Shown here: positions 18,126 through 28,159 of the stretch, in pieces
How the letters are laid out: each line of letters opens with the position of its first letter
How positions within the stretch are numbered: position 1 is the first letter of the stretch
DNA from: a bacterium HR35
GTDB lineage: Bacteria > Patescibacteriota > Minisyncoccia > UBA6257 > HR35
Length of the DNA: 64,000 nucleotides
NCBI GenBank assembly: GCA_002898235.1
Contig: BEIL01000002.1
Span: 51,264-115,263, forward strand
Direction: 5' to 3'
Translations under genes and position numbers: made by a program
Notes under the pieces: model-generated
Seen by the model: only the letters and a program-made list of their open reading frames with translations
Databases searched by the model: none
Told to the model about the DNA's origin: nothing

Positions 18126-19341
18126 AAAAGAAGAATTCAAATATACTTTTATTGGACCAGGTTCTTTAATAGGCAAAGAGGAAGACGAAAAAAAAGAAAT
18201 GACTGAATTTAAATCTGTTTCCTTTTCTAAAGAGGAAATACCAATAAATGAACAAGTTATTGCTTCCTCTCCTCCTTTAGAGGAAAAAACTGAAATTAAA
18301 GAAGGCAAATTAACTCTTCAAACGCCTCCAGAAAGAATAGAAGAATTGAAATTAGAAGAAGAGAAAAAAGAAAGTTTTCAACCACCAAATTTAAGCGAAA
18401 TTACTTTTAAAAGAGAAGAGAGGTTTACTCGTCCACGAAAAGAACTTTTAGAAGAAGCAGCAGCTAATTTACCAGAAGAAAAATCTCGTAAAATTGATTT
18501 TTCTAGGTATCTACTTTACCTAATTCCTGCTCTTGTCTTTTTCGTTTTAATTTTTCTTATTATTTATTTCAAGCCTTATCAAGAAATTGTTAAACTATTT
18601 CAAACTAAAAAAGAACCAACTCCTCCGCCTCCAGAAGAACCAATAATCTTACCTAAAGCTGAAGAAAAACAATCAGAAACTAGCACTGAAGAAAAAAGAG
18701 TTGAAACAATTTCTTTGCCTATTGAAAAGCAAAAAACTGAAAATCAAATTTTAAATCAACCACTAACTCCTTCCCAACCAACTTCTCAAATAAAATTATT
18801 TCCCTTTCTTCCTCAATATCAAATTAAATTAACTAACCCAACAGAAGGAGAAATTCAAAAAGCTTTAGAAGAATTTAATTCTCGTTATCAACTTCCAAAT
18901 AACTTCTTAGTTTTAAATTTAAATTACCAAAATCAAAAACTTCCTATTGATTTACTTCTAAATTATTTTTTCAAAGATAAAAACTTCCAGGAAAAAATAA
19001 AACCCAATCTTTCAACCAATTATGAAATTTTAGTTTACCAATCTCTATCTCGTAAATATTTAGTTTTAGTTTTTGAAATAAATAATTTTCAAGAAATAGA
19101 AAAATTAAATTTAGCTTGGGAAAAAACTTTTTCTTTAGAAAAAATAAAGAATTTTTATTTTGATTTTAAACCGACGAAAGTTTTGTCTAAAAACTTTATT
19201 TCTGAAAGTTATGATAAGATTAAATATAGGGTGATTTTTTTAGACAATAATAATGTTTTCGCTTGGTTTATTTTTAAAAATTATTTAGTTTATTTGACTT
19301 CAGAAAAAACAATTCCTCAATTAAATAATCTTCTTAGATGA
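18109..19341 (+). CDS. Hypothetical single-pass membrane protein
   Basis: Acidic N-terminus, one TM (YLIPALVFFVLIFLIIYF), Pro-rich linker, globular C-domain; overlaps both neighbours. Confidence 0.75.
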   Translation: MSEESKKEEFKYTFIGPGSLIGKEEDEKKEMTEFKSVSFSKEEIPINEQVIASSPPLEEKTEIKEGKLTLQTPPERIEELKLEEEKKESFQPPNLSEITFKREERFTRPRKELLEEAAANLPEEKSRKIDFSRYLLYLIPALVFFVLIFLIIYFKPYQEIVKLFQTKKEPTPPPPEEPIILPKAEEKQSETSTEEKRVETISLPIEKQKTENQILNQPLTPSQPTSQIKLFPFLPQYQIKLTNPTEGEIQKALEEFNSRYQLPNNFLVLNLNYQNQKLPIDLLLNYFFKDKNFQEKIKPNLSTNYEILVYQSLSRKYLVLVFEINNFQEIEKLNLAWEKTFSLEKIKNFYFDFKPTKVLSKNFISESYDKIKYRVIFLDNNNVFAWFIFKNYLVYLTSEKTIPQLNNLLR

Positions 19342-19670
19342 AGGATTTAGAAACATTTAAAGCAAAATTAATTAAAGAAAGAGAAGAGATAGCTTTTCTT
19401 TTAGAAACTTTAAACAAAGAAGAGACCGATGTTCTTAGGGAAGAAGCCTACGAAACTAGTGATTGGGCTAATAAATATGAATTAAGAGAAGAATTTCATT
19501 TACAAAAAGAAGATTTAGAGAAGAGACTGGAATTAATAGATAAAGCTTTAAAGAAAATCGAAAATAACTCTTATGGTTTTTGTGAAAATTGCGGCAAGGA
19601 AATTGAAGAAGCTCGATTAGAAATTGATCCAGCTGCTCCTTATTGTCGAAACTGCGCTTCTAAATTTTAA
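19338..19670 (+). CDS. TraR/DksA C4-type zinc finger protein
   Basis: Coiled coil followed by YGFCENCGKEI..RL..PAAPYCRNC. Confidence 0.9.
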   Translation: MKDLETFKAKLIKEREEIAFLLETLNKEETDVLREEAYETSDWANKYELREEFHLQKEDLEKRLELIDKALKKIENNSYGFCENCGKEIEEARLEIDPAAPYCRNCASKF

Positions 19671-20041
19671 CTTAAAAAAATTTGAATTTCTTTACTTGGG
19701 TTTGAGATTTCTTTAAGGTTTTTAAAAATAAGAGAGTTCTGGAGATTATTTTTTTCTACTTCTATTTCAAAGAAAAGATAAAGCTCCCCATCCTTTAATT
19801 TTGATTTCAATAAATTTCTTATTTTCGAAATTAAAACCTTATTTTTTTCCCAAACTCTTTTTCTTAAAGCCTCAAATAAGCCCTCACCTTTTTTCCAAAG
19901 ACCGCCACAAAATTCATATTGCCCATTATTTTGCCACACTAAATATTTATCATCCAATTTTTTAGTTCCATAGATAAAAACTTTTTTAGGCCCAAATTTT
20001 AAAAAATGTTTAAGAATAAACTCATCCTTTTTAACTTTCAT
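19667..20041 (-). CDS. Hypothetical protein, degenerate NUDIX-like
   Basis: Likely start MKVKKDEF at 20041; GGLWKKGEGLFEALRKRVWEK resembles a Nudix box lacking the catalytic Glu residues. Confidence 0.5.
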   Translation of the reverse strand: MKVKKDEFILKHFLKFGPKKVFIYGTKKLDDKYLVWQNNGQYEFCGGLWKKGEGLFEALRKRVWEKNKVLISKIRNLLKSKLKDGELYLFFEIEVEKNNLQNSLIFKNLKEISNPSKEIQIFLS

Positions 20042-20084
20042 TTTTATAAAAAAGAGAATAAAGACCGCTTTTAATATTATTTTA

Positions 20085-21125
20085 TCATAAAACTGAGCTT
20101 TCTCTTGGATAAACTTCAATTTCTTCCGGTTTTTTAATTAATACTTTTGTTTTGAAAAGTAAATAACCACCAATAGCAATATTAAGACCATTATCAGTTG
20201 ATAATTCTCTTTGGGGGAAAATTATTTTTTTATTCTTTAAAACTTTTTTAGTCAATTTTCTTAAAGTTTGATTAGCGGCCACTCCGCCAGTAATAACAAT
20301 TGTTTTTGGTTTGTAAATTTCTTCGGCTTTTTTTAATTTATAAAGTAAGATTTCAAAAATTGTTTTTTGTAAAGAAGCCGAGAGATTATTAATGTCTTTT
20401 TCCTCTAAATCGCCTTTAATTTTTTTGATTTCGTTAATTGTTTCAATAAAAGCAGTTTTTAAACCAGAAAAACTAAAATTAAATCCTTTTTCTAAAAGGG
20501 GCTTGGGTAGAGCATAGAAATTTTTTGCTAATTTAGCTCTTCTTTCGATAATTGGACCACCAGGATAACCTAAACCTAAAGCTCTAGCTCCTTTATCCAA
20601 TGTTTCACCAGCAGCATCATCAATTGTTTGCCCAATTCTTTTATAATTTATCCAATCTTTAAATAGATAAAGATTAGTATGACCACCAGAAACTATTAAA
20701 ACCAAAGCAGGGAATTCAATTTTTTTAATAGTTTGCCAAACATTAAGTCTATTTTTTATAACCACTGAAGCAAAATGAGCAAAAAGATGATTAACAGGAA
20801 TAATATTTTTATTTAGTTTCTTAGCTAAAGAAGCAACAAATTCTTTACCGCTAACTAGAGCGGGTAAAAGTCCTGGTCCAACTGAAAAAGATAAATAGTC
20901 AATTTTTTTTAAATCAAAAAATTTTTTAACTCTTTCAAGTAAAATAGGCAAATTTTTTCTATGTTCCCGAGCAGCTAAAATTGGAACCACTCCACCATAA
21001 GGAGAATGGATTTTTATTTGGCTTCTTAGCTCATTAGCTAAAATTTTAATTTTATTTTCTTGAGCTTCAATTAAAGCAATGCCGCTTTCATCACAAGTTG
21101 ATTCAATGCCTAAAATGTAAACCAT
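20085..21125 (-). CDS. tsaD: tRNA threonylcarbamoyltransferase TsaD
   Basis: LGIESTCDE, GGVVP, HLFAH, SGGHT, DDAAGE, FSFSGLKT, GGVAAN, TDNG. Confidence 0.97.
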   Translation of the reverse strand: MVYILGIESTCDESGIALIEAQENKIKILANELRSQIKIHSPYGGVVPILAAREHRKNLPILLERVKKFFDLKKIDYLSFSVGPGLLPALVSGKEFVASLAKKLNKNIIPVNHLFAHFASVVIKNRLNVWQTIKKIEFPALVLIVSGGHTNLYLFKDWINYKRIGQTIDDAAGETLDKGARALGLGYPGGPIIERRAKLAKNFYALPKPLLEKGFNFSFSGLKTAFIETINEIKKIKGDLEEKDINNLSASLQKTIFEILLYKLKKAEEIYKPKTIVITGGVAANQTLRKLTKKVLKNKKIIFPQRELSTDNGLNIAIGGYLLFKTKVLIKKPEEIEVYPRESSVL

Positions 21126-21199
21126 ATACTAAATTTTAGCAAATTGTGTTATAATTAAAAAACCCAGTCGAAGAAGAGATATTTTTTTATTTTTTAAAA

Positions 21200-21697
21200 C
21201 TGATAGATCCAGAAATATTGAAATTAAAGCCGAAAGAGGTAAGATTAATTGGAGTTGATGGTAAACAGAAGGGAATATTTAGTTTTGAAGAAGCTCAGAA
21301 AATTGCTGAAAGTGAAAATCTTGATTTAATTTTGGTGAATGCTAATCAAAAACCAATAATTGTTAAACTGGGTAATTATAAAGAGTGGCTTTATCAAAAG
21401 AAGAAAAAAGAAAAAAGCATAAAAAAGAAACCTAAAGAAACAAAAGAAATAAGAATAGGTTTTAATGAGGCTTTGCATGATTTTGAAAGAAAAGCTAAGC
21501 AGGCAGCTGAATTTTTAGAAGAAGGCCATCAAGTACAAATCAGAATGGTTTTAAAGTCAAGAGAAAAATTGTTTATTGATTTAGCGGAAAAAAAATTAAA
21601 TCAATTTTTAGAACTAATCCCTATTCCTTTTAAAATAACTAGCCCACTGAAAAAATTTCCTGGTCTTTTAGTTATTACCATAGCAAAACAAAAATGA
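21200..21697 (+). CDS. infC: Translation initiation factor IF-3 (non-AUG start; exact start uncertain)
   Basis: EVRLIG, LDLILV, KEIRIG..HDFERK, FLEEGHQV; no in-frame ATG near the 5' end; candidates CTG 21200, ATA 21203, TTG 21218. Confidence 0.92.
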   Translation: MIDPEILKLKPKEVRLIGVDGKQKGIFSFEEAQKIAESENLDLILVNANQKPIIVKLGNYKEWLYQKKKKEKSIKKKPKETKEIRIGFNEALHDFERKAKQAAEFLEEGHQVQIRMVLKSREKLFIDLAEKKLNQFLELIPIPFKITSPLKKFPGLLVITIAKQK

Positions 21698-21870
21698 ACC
21701 GAAAAGCTTTTTTAAAAAGATTCAAAATTACTAAGAAAGGAAAATTGATAAGAAGAATAGCTGGTGTTGGTCATAATTTTAGCAAAAAGCGAGCTTTAGA
21801 AATTTTAAGAAAAAGAAAAAAAGTTAGGGAAGACAAATTGGTTCTTAATTATTCAAAGCTTCCTAAATAA
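21694..21870 (+). CDS. rpmI: 50S ribosomal protein L35 (below the ORF-track cutoff)
   Basis: MNRKAFLKRFKITKKGKLIRRIAGVGHNFSKK..., ATGA-coupled to infC. Confidence 0.9.
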   Translation: MNRKAFLKRFKITKKGKLIRRIAGVGHNFSKKRALEILRKRKKVREDKLVLNYSKLPK

Positions 21871-22439
21871 TGATTGAACCTATTTTTTCTAATATCAAAA
21901 TTGTTATTTCTGGAGCTGCAGTAACTACTCCTTGCCGAGAAGATGTTCATCAACTAGCATATGAAATTGGTAAAGAATTAGCTAATCATCGAGTAATTGT
22001 TTTAACTGGAGCTACTACTGGTACTCCTCTTTGGGCAGCTAAAGGAGCTTATGAAAATGGAGGAATAGTTATTGGTCTTTCTCCAGCCCGAAGCTATAAA
22101 GAACATCTTAATGTTTATAAATTGCCAATTGATTATCATCACACTATTTTATATACCGGTGAGGGTTATAGTGGAAGAAATTTGCTTTTAACTAAAATGG
22201 GTGATGGAGTAATTTTTATTTGTGGAAGGATTGGAACTTTAAATGAATTTACCATTGCTTTTGAAGAGGAAAAACCAATGGGTGTTTTAGTTGGTTCTGG
22301 AGGAACAGAAGAATATTTTATGGAAATAGTTGAAAAAGCTAAAAGGGGAAGGGGAAAAATAATTTGGGAAAGAGACCCAAAAGTTTTAGTAGAAAAATTA
22401 ATTGAACTTGTTAAAATAGAGATAGAGGAAAAAATTTAA
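21870..22439 (+). CDS. LOG-like Rossmann-fold protein
   Basis: LTGATTG, GLSP, RNLL, GRIGTLNEF. Confidence 0.85.
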   Translation: MIEPIFSNIKIVISGAAVTTPCREDVHQLAYEIGKELANHRVIVLTGATTGTPLWAAKGAYENGGIVIGLSPARSYKEHLNVYKLPIDYHHTILYTGEGYSGRNLLLTKMGDGVIFICGRIGTLNEFTIAFEEEKPMGVLVGSGGTEEYFMEIVEKAKRGRGKIIWERDPKVLVEKLIELVKIEIEEKI

Positions 22440-22441
22440 TA

Positions 22442-22867
22442 ATGGAAAAAATAGAAATTATTTACCGTTTTATTTTAGCAGCTATTTTGGGAGGAATTAT
22501 TGGTACTGAAAGGAGCTTTTTTAAAAAACAAGCTGGTTTAAGAACTTTTGCTTTAGTAAGTTTGGGGGCTTGTCTTTTTGGTTATTTGGGTTATCGACTT
22601 TCTTTTATTGATCCAGCTTCAACTTCAAGAATAATTTCTAACTTAGTTGTAGGTATTGGTTTTTTAGGAGCTGGTCTTATTTTTTTACATGAAGAAAAAA
22701 TTTTTGGCTTAACAACAGCTGCTGCTCTTTGGACAACAGCTGCTATTGGCGGAGCAGTTGGTTTAGGCTATTATTTTGAAGCTTTTTTAGTTACGCTGCT
22801 GACGGTCATCATTTTAACTTTATGGTACTATTTTGAAAAGTTAATAAAGAAAGATGAAAATCAGTAA
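22442..22867 (+). CDS. MgtC/SapB family membrane protein
   Basis: IGTER, AGLRTF, GIGFLGAG, GLTTAAALW. Confidence 0.93.
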   Translation: MEKIEIIYRFILAAILGGIIGTERSFFKKQAGLRTFALVSLGACLFGYLGYRLSFIDPASTSRIISNLVVGIGFLGAGLIFLHEEKIFGLTTAAALWTTAAIGGAVGLGYYFEAFLVTLLTVIILTLWYYFEKLIKKDENQ

Positions 22868-23948
22868 AGAAATTGAAAGTATTTTTATTTTTTTAAGCAC
22901 AATTATTGGTTTAGGAGTTTTTGTTTTACCTTATGCTTTTTTACAAGGCAAGTTGTGGTTTATTTTTTGGTTAGGTTTTTGGTTTATTGTTTTTTATATA
23001 ATCCATTTAATTTTTGCTGAAATTATTTTTCAAACAAAAGAAAAACATAATTTACCTGGTTTAGCTGCAATTTATCTTCATCCTAATCTTAAGCATTTAG
23101 TATGGATTTTTGATTATTTTGGAATGATGGGTGTTTTTTGGATTTATCTTTTATCCTTAGAAAAATTTTGGGGGACTATCTTTCCTGATAAAACTTTCTT
23201 AGTTAAACTTATTTTTGTCTTTTTTAATCTTTTTTTTATTACTAAAAATCTCAAAATTTTTGCTGGCTTTGAAACTATTTTAGGAATAAGCATTATTTTT
23301 CTTTTTTTGATAATTTCTTTTTGGTTCGGAATTAAAGCTGATATTAATAACTTTACCAATCTTTTTAATTTCCAAGGAGATTTCTTTTTGCCTTACGGAG
23401 TTCTACTTTTTGCTTTTTCAGGTATTTCAGCTGTACCCCTTGTTTTTGATCTTGTTGGCAAAGAAAAAGAAAAATTCAGAAAAATCAATTTATTTTCTTT
23501 AGTTTTAGTGACTTCAATTTATCTTTTTTATTCTTTAAGTATCATTGGCTTTTTAGGAAATAAAACTTCCGAAATTTCTTTAGATGTTTTAAAACCCTTT
23601 ATCCCCTTGCCTCTTTTTCTATTTATTTTGATTTTAGTTACTTTTAATATTATGTTAGTTGATTTAGCTTTTTATTTAAAAAGAGGTCTGCAAGCTGATT
23701 ATGGTCTTTCAGAAAGAAGAACTAATTTAATATTAATTTTTTCGATTTTACTTCTCCTTTTTCTTCCCGCAAATTCTTTAATTAAAATTATTAGTCTTAT
23801 TAGCGATGTTTTTCTTGGTTTCAATCTTTTGATTTTAAATTTAATTTATTTAAAACTTAAAGAAAAAAAATTTTTTATTTTCCCTAAGTTTTTAATTATT
23901 TTTATTTCTTTAATTTTGTTTTTGGGAATGATCTATGAAATTTTTTAA
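22854..23948 (+). CDS. Amino acid permease (aromatic amino acid transporter-like)
   Basis: TIIGLGVFVLPY, LPYGVLLFAFSG, about 11 TM segments. Confidence 0.85.
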   Translation: MKISKEIESIFIFLSTIIGLGVFVLPYAFLQGKLWFIFWLGFWFIVFYIIHLIFAEIIFQTKEKHNLPGLAAIYLHPNLKHLVWIFDYFGMMGVFWIYLLSLEKFWGTIFPDKTFLVKLIFVFFNLFFITKNLKIFAGFETILGISIIFLFLIISFWFGIKADINNFTNLFNFQGDFFLPYGVLLFAFSGISAVPLVFDLVGKEKEKFRKINLFSLVLVTSIYLFYSLSIIGFLGNKTSEISLDVLKPFIPLPLFLFILILVTFNIMLVDLAFYLKRGLQADYGLSERRTNLILIFSILLLLFLPANSLIKIISLISDVFLGFNLLILNLIYLKLKEKKFFIFPKFLIIFISLILFLGMIYEIF

Positions 23949-25161
23949 ACCTAAAGGATTTACTATTATTGAAATTTTAATTGTACTTTTTGTAATTTCA
24001 GTTTTGGCTGTTATTTTATTTTTTGCCTTTAACACTACTGACATTATTAAAAGAACTAGAGATGCTAAAAGACTTAATGATCTTCAAGCAATTAATTCTG
24101 CTATTCAAGCTTTACTTAATCAAAATCCTGAAATCAATCTGGGTACAGATAATTTGGTTTATCTTTCCTTGCCTGATTCTAATCCTAATTGCTCTTCTTA
24201 TCCAAATTTACCGCCCATATTTTCTCCTTTTTCTTATCGCTGTGCTTCTACTTCAACTTTTAGAAAAACTGATGGTAATGGTTGGCTACCTTTAAATTTT
24301 TCCAGCTCTCTTTTTTCTTTTTCTTCTTTACCAATCGATCCTTTAAATAATGGTGATTATTTTTATGTTTATTTTAAGCAAGGAAATAAATATAAACTGA
24401 CAGCCAGAATGGAATCAGAAGCCTTTGGTTATCAAATGATTAATGATGGTGGCATTGAACCTCTTTTATATGAGTTAGGAAATGATTTAAGTTTGCCAAC
24501 ACCCCAAAGCGGTTTGGTTTTATATTTACCTTTTGAAGAAGGAACAGGAACAATAACTTACGATTTAAGTGGATATAATAATAACGGCACTCTTTATAAT
24601 TTTAATTTTACTACTTCTTCGGGCTGGGTAAAGGGAAAAATAGGTTGGGGTTTAGCTTTCGATGGTGTGGATGATTATGTAAGTGTAGCCACCTCAACCA
24701 CTTTGGATTTAAGAAATAAAGATTTTTCAGTTATCTATTGGATTTATAGATTTTCTACGACTTCTAATTATCAAAGAGTTTTTTCTCAAAACGAAGAAAG
24801 CAGTACTGATTGTACTAATTTGAATTTTGGTATTTCTAATTCAGATACTGCTTATTTTGATATTTATAATTGTGGAGGTACTACAGGTTTAAGAGGAACT
24901 ATTTTTTTAAATAAAAATCAGTGGTGGAATTTAGTATTTGTTAATAATAAATCAACTTCTATCAATGATTATGTTTTTGTAAATGGAAAATTAGATATTA
25001 ATGGCTACAGGGATCCTTATCAAGGGCCTCCTGGTGATATTAAACTAAGCGTTCCTTGGACAGCTTATCAATTTTATGGAGTTATCGATGAAGTGAGGGT
25101 TTATTTAAGATCACTTAATAATCTTGAAGCAAAATTGATTTACCTTTATGGTATTAAATAG
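23935..25161 (+). CDS. Type IV pilin-like protein with C-terminal LamG-like domain
   Basis: KG/FTIIE prepilin cleavage site, RDAKRLNDL, LPIDP; LamG motifs FDGVDDYV and FYGVIDEVRVY. Confidence 0.9.
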   Translation: MKFFKPKGFTIIEILIVLFVISVLAVILFFAFNTTDIIKRTRDAKRLNDLQAINSAIQALLNQNPEINLGTDNLVYLSLPDSNPNCSSYPNLPPIFSPFSYRCASTSTFRKTDGNGWLPLNFSSSLFSFSSLPIDPLNNGDYFYVYFKQGNKYKLTARMESEAFGYQMINDGGIEPLLYELGNDLSLPTPQSGLVLYLPFEEGTGTITYDLSGYNNNGTLYNFNFTTSSGWVKGKIGWGLAFDGVDDYVSVATSTTLDLRNKDFSVIYWIYRFSTTSNYQRVFSQNEESSTDCTNLNFGISNSDTAYFDIYNCGGTTGLRGTIFLNKNQWWNLVFVNNKSTSINDYVFVNGKLDINGYRDPYQGPPGDIKLSVPWTAYQFYGVIDEVRVYLRSLNNLEAKLIYLYGIK

Positions 25162-25178
25162 TGAGTTAAAATAAAAAG

Positions 25179-26960
25179 ATGATGGAAAAAATAAGAAATT
25201 TTGCTATTATTGCTCATATTGATCATGGAAAATCAACTTTAGCTGATAGATTTTTAGAAATTACTGGAACTATACCTAAAGAAAAACTCGAACCTCAATA
25301 TTTAGATAGATTGTCATTGGAAAGAGAAAGAGGAATAACAATTAAAATGCAGCCCGTAACAATGGAATATCGGGGTTATCTTTTGAACTTAATTGATACT
25401 CCCGGTCATGTAGATTTTTCTTATGAAGTTTCAAGAGCTTTAGCAGCAGTTGAGGGAGTTATTTTACTTATTGATGGCACTCAAGGAATTCAGGCTCAAA
25501 CAATAGCTAATTTAGAATTAGCTAAAAAACAAAACTTAGTTATTATTCCAGCAATTAATAAAATTGACTTAGATATAAAAAATTTGGATGATCTTTTAGA
25601 AGAAATTTTTTATTTAACCGGAGAAGAAAATGTTTATCTTATATCAGCAAAATTAGGAACAGGCGTTGAAGAATTATTAAAAGCAATTATTGAAAAAATT
25701 CCACCACCAAAAGAGTATAAAAATCACCCGGATAGCATAAGGGGAAAAGCATTAGTTTTTGATTCTCATTTTGATTCTTATAAAGGAATAATTGCTCATG
25801 TAAGAGTTTTTTCTGGAGAATTTTCTAAAAATCAATTAGCTTATTTTCGAAGAAAAAAATATCAATTCAAAATTTTGGAAGTTGGTATTTTTAAACCAGA
25901 TTTAAAAGAAAAAGATAAACTTGAAGCAGGAATGATTGGCTATATAGCTACGGGGATTAAAGATGCTGGTATTTTAAAAATTGGAGAAACAATAACTTTA
26001 GATTTAGAAACAGAGCCATTACCTGGCTATGAAGAACCTTTACCAAATGTTTTTGCCAATATTTATCCTGCTCAAGAAGAAAAATTCGAATCTTTTGAAG
26101 AAAGCATTCGTCAACTCTGTCTTAACGATCCGGCTATCTTTTTAGAAAAAATCTCTCATCCGATTTTAGGTAGAGGTTTTCAAGTAGGAGCTTTGGGGTT
26201 ATTACACTTAGATATTTTTCAAGAAAGATTAAAAAGAGAATTCGGAACAGAAATTATTATAACCCTACCTTCGGTTAAATATTTAATTAAATTAAAAAAT
26301 GGAAGCCAACAAGAAATAACAAATCCCCAAGATTTACCTTCGATTGATCAAATTCTTGAAATTCAAGAACCAATTGCTAAAGTTGAAATTTTTACACCTC
26401 AAGAATATTTAGAAGGAATTTCGGAAATAATTAAAAAGTCAAGGGGCAAAATAGTTGAAATTAATTATGAAGCCAAAATTTTAAAAATAGAATCTTTTTT
26501 GCCTTTAGATGAATTAATTGCTGGTTTTTTCGATGAATTAAAATCAATCTCTTCAGGTTATGCGTCTTTGAGATGGCAACTTTCTCATTATGAAAAATCT
26601 GATTTAGTTAAACTTGATATTTTAATAGCGGAAGAAAAAGAACCCAGTCTTTCAAGATTAGTTCATAGAAGCCAAGCTCAAGCTATTGGAAGAAAAATTT
26701 TATTGGTTTTAAAAGAAAATTTAGAAAGAAGAGAATTTCCCATTAAACTTCAGGCAAGTATTAACGGAAAAATTATTGCCCGGGAAACAATCCCGGCTAT
26801 TTATCGAGATATAGCTGGTTGGCTTTATGGTGGTGATCGAACAAGAAAAATGAAGTTGTGGCAAAAACAAAAAAAGGGCAAAAAGAAATTAGAAAAACTT
26901 TTTAAAGGAAAAGTTAAAATTCCTAATGAAGTTCTAATTAAGGTTTTTAAAGTTAAATGA
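25179..26960 (+). CDS. lepA: Elongation factor 4
   Basis: IAHIDHGKSTLADR, DTPGHVDF, GGDRTRKMKL. Confidence 0.97.
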   Translation: MMEKIRNFAIIAHIDHGKSTLADRFLEITGTIPKEKLEPQYLDRLSLERERGITIKMQPVTMEYRGYLLNLIDTPGHVDFSYEVSRALAAVEGVILLIDGTQGIQAQTIANLELAKKQNLVIIPAINKIDLDIKNLDDLLEEIFYLTGEENVYLISAKLGTGVEELLKAIIEKIPPPKEYKNHPDSIRGKALVFDSHFDSYKGIIAHVRVFSGEFSKNQLAYFRRKKYQFKILEVGIFKPDLKEKDKLEAGMIGYIATGIKDAGILKIGETITLDLETEPLPGYEEPLPNVFANIYPAQEEKFESFEESIRQLCLNDPAIFLEKISHPILGRGFQVGALGLLHLDIFQERLKREFGTEIIITLPSVKYLIKLKNGSQQEITNPQDLPSIDQILEIQEPIAKVEIFTPQEYLEGISEIIKKSRGKIVEINYEAKILKIESFLPLDELIAGFFDELKSISSGYASLRWQLSHYEKSDLVKLDILIAEEKEPSLSRLVHRSQAQAIGRKILLVLKENLERREFPIKLQASINGKIIARETIPAIYRDIAGWLYGGDRTRKMKLWQKQKKGKKKLEKLFKGKVKIPNEVLIKVFKVK

Positions 26961-27385
26961 AATTTTTAATTCAAAAAGTAAAAAATATAAAGATTGAAAG
27001 TGATTTAGAAGATGTCTATCCAAATAACATATTATTAATTTATATTGGCGTTGGAAGAGGAGATGAGAAAAAGAATTTAGAAGAAATTGTAAGTTTTTTA
27101 GAAAATTTACAAATAATTGATGAAAATAATAAATTCCTTCGAAAATTAAAGGAAGTAAAGCCAACCTTAATTTTTATTTCCAACATAACATTATTAGCTA
27201 GTTTCGAAAAAGGAAGAATAAATTTTAATCAAGCTTTAGAGCCAAAATTAGCCAAAGAAATTTACGAGAAGCTAATTGGGATTTTTAAAAAAAGAAATTA
27301 TCAAGTTTTTTCAAAAGAATTTGGCAGTTATTTAGAAATAACTTCAACAAACATCGGCCCAATAAACTTCTTTATTGAAATCTAA
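26957..27385 (+). CDS. dtd: D-aminoacyl-tRNA deacylase (divergent)
   Basis: LIQKV, SNITL (SQFTL-like), FGSYL, C-terminal NIGPI Gly-cisPro motif. Confidence 0.8.
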   Translation: MKFLIQKVKNIKIESDLEDVYPNNILLIYIGVGRGDEKKNLEEIVSFLENLQIIDENNKFLRKLKEVKPTLIFISNITLLASFEKGRINFNQALEPKLAKEIYEKLIGIFKKRNYQVFSKEFGSYLEITSTNIGPINFFIEI

Positions 27386-27421
27386 CATACCACCCAACTT
27401 TTTGTTTTAAATTTTACTATA

Positions 27422-27794
27422 AGATTGTGGGGTGGAAATTACGATTTTTATAGAAAGAAAAGAACAGAAGAATTTGAAGCCAGAACGAGAGCTTGCGAAG
27501 CTCAAGAAAAAAAGAAGAAACAACTTTTAGAATCTATTGAAAAATTAAAAAAACAAGCTCAAAGGTTTGAAAAAATAAACGTAGATGCTTTTTAGAAGAA
27601 TACAAATAGCGGCTATTCTTTCAAAGAACTCTTATGTTTTAATTTTAGATGAACCAACTAATCATTTAGATGTTTATACTGTTGAAGAATTAGTGGAAGC
27701 TTTAAGAGATTATCAAGGAACAATAATTCTTGTCTCTCATGACGAATCTTTTATTAACGATATCCAACCCAATAAGGTTATAGATTTGCTATAA
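27422..27794 (+). pseudogene. ABC-F ATPase remnant
   Basis: WGGNYDFY + coiled linker (27422-27596) joined out of frame to the end of NBD2 (LILDEPTNHLD, VSHD); no Walker A. Confidence 0.8.
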
Positions 27795-28159
27795 AAATTA
27801 AATTTTTACTTCAGGATTATTTCTACATTATTTCTCAATTTCTTAAGAAATTAAGAAATATAGAAAACTAATAAAACCCTCAATTTCCCTTCAATTTTTA
27901 ATCTTGGTTATTGCAATGTATAATTAGCGATCCACAATACCATTCGTGAGATAGCAAAGAGCGCCAGCATTGAAGGCCGGCGATCTCTTCGCCGAACTCT
28001 ATCGGTATGTAATCGGACAAGATTGCAGACCGAAGGTCGGTTGGCTCTTCGAAACATTGGGACGAGACAAAGTTCTCCATCTTCTTGCGTAAAACTTGAG
28101 AGCGGAGTATACTGCTTCGTCATCTTTTAATTTAATTCTTTAATCCTATAAGTTTTATC

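Noticed and set aside
14769-27164. Short ORFs 14769-15002, 18102-18308, 23144-23359, 24023-24295 and 26934-27164
   Set aside because: Antisense or alternate-frame shadows of well-supported genes
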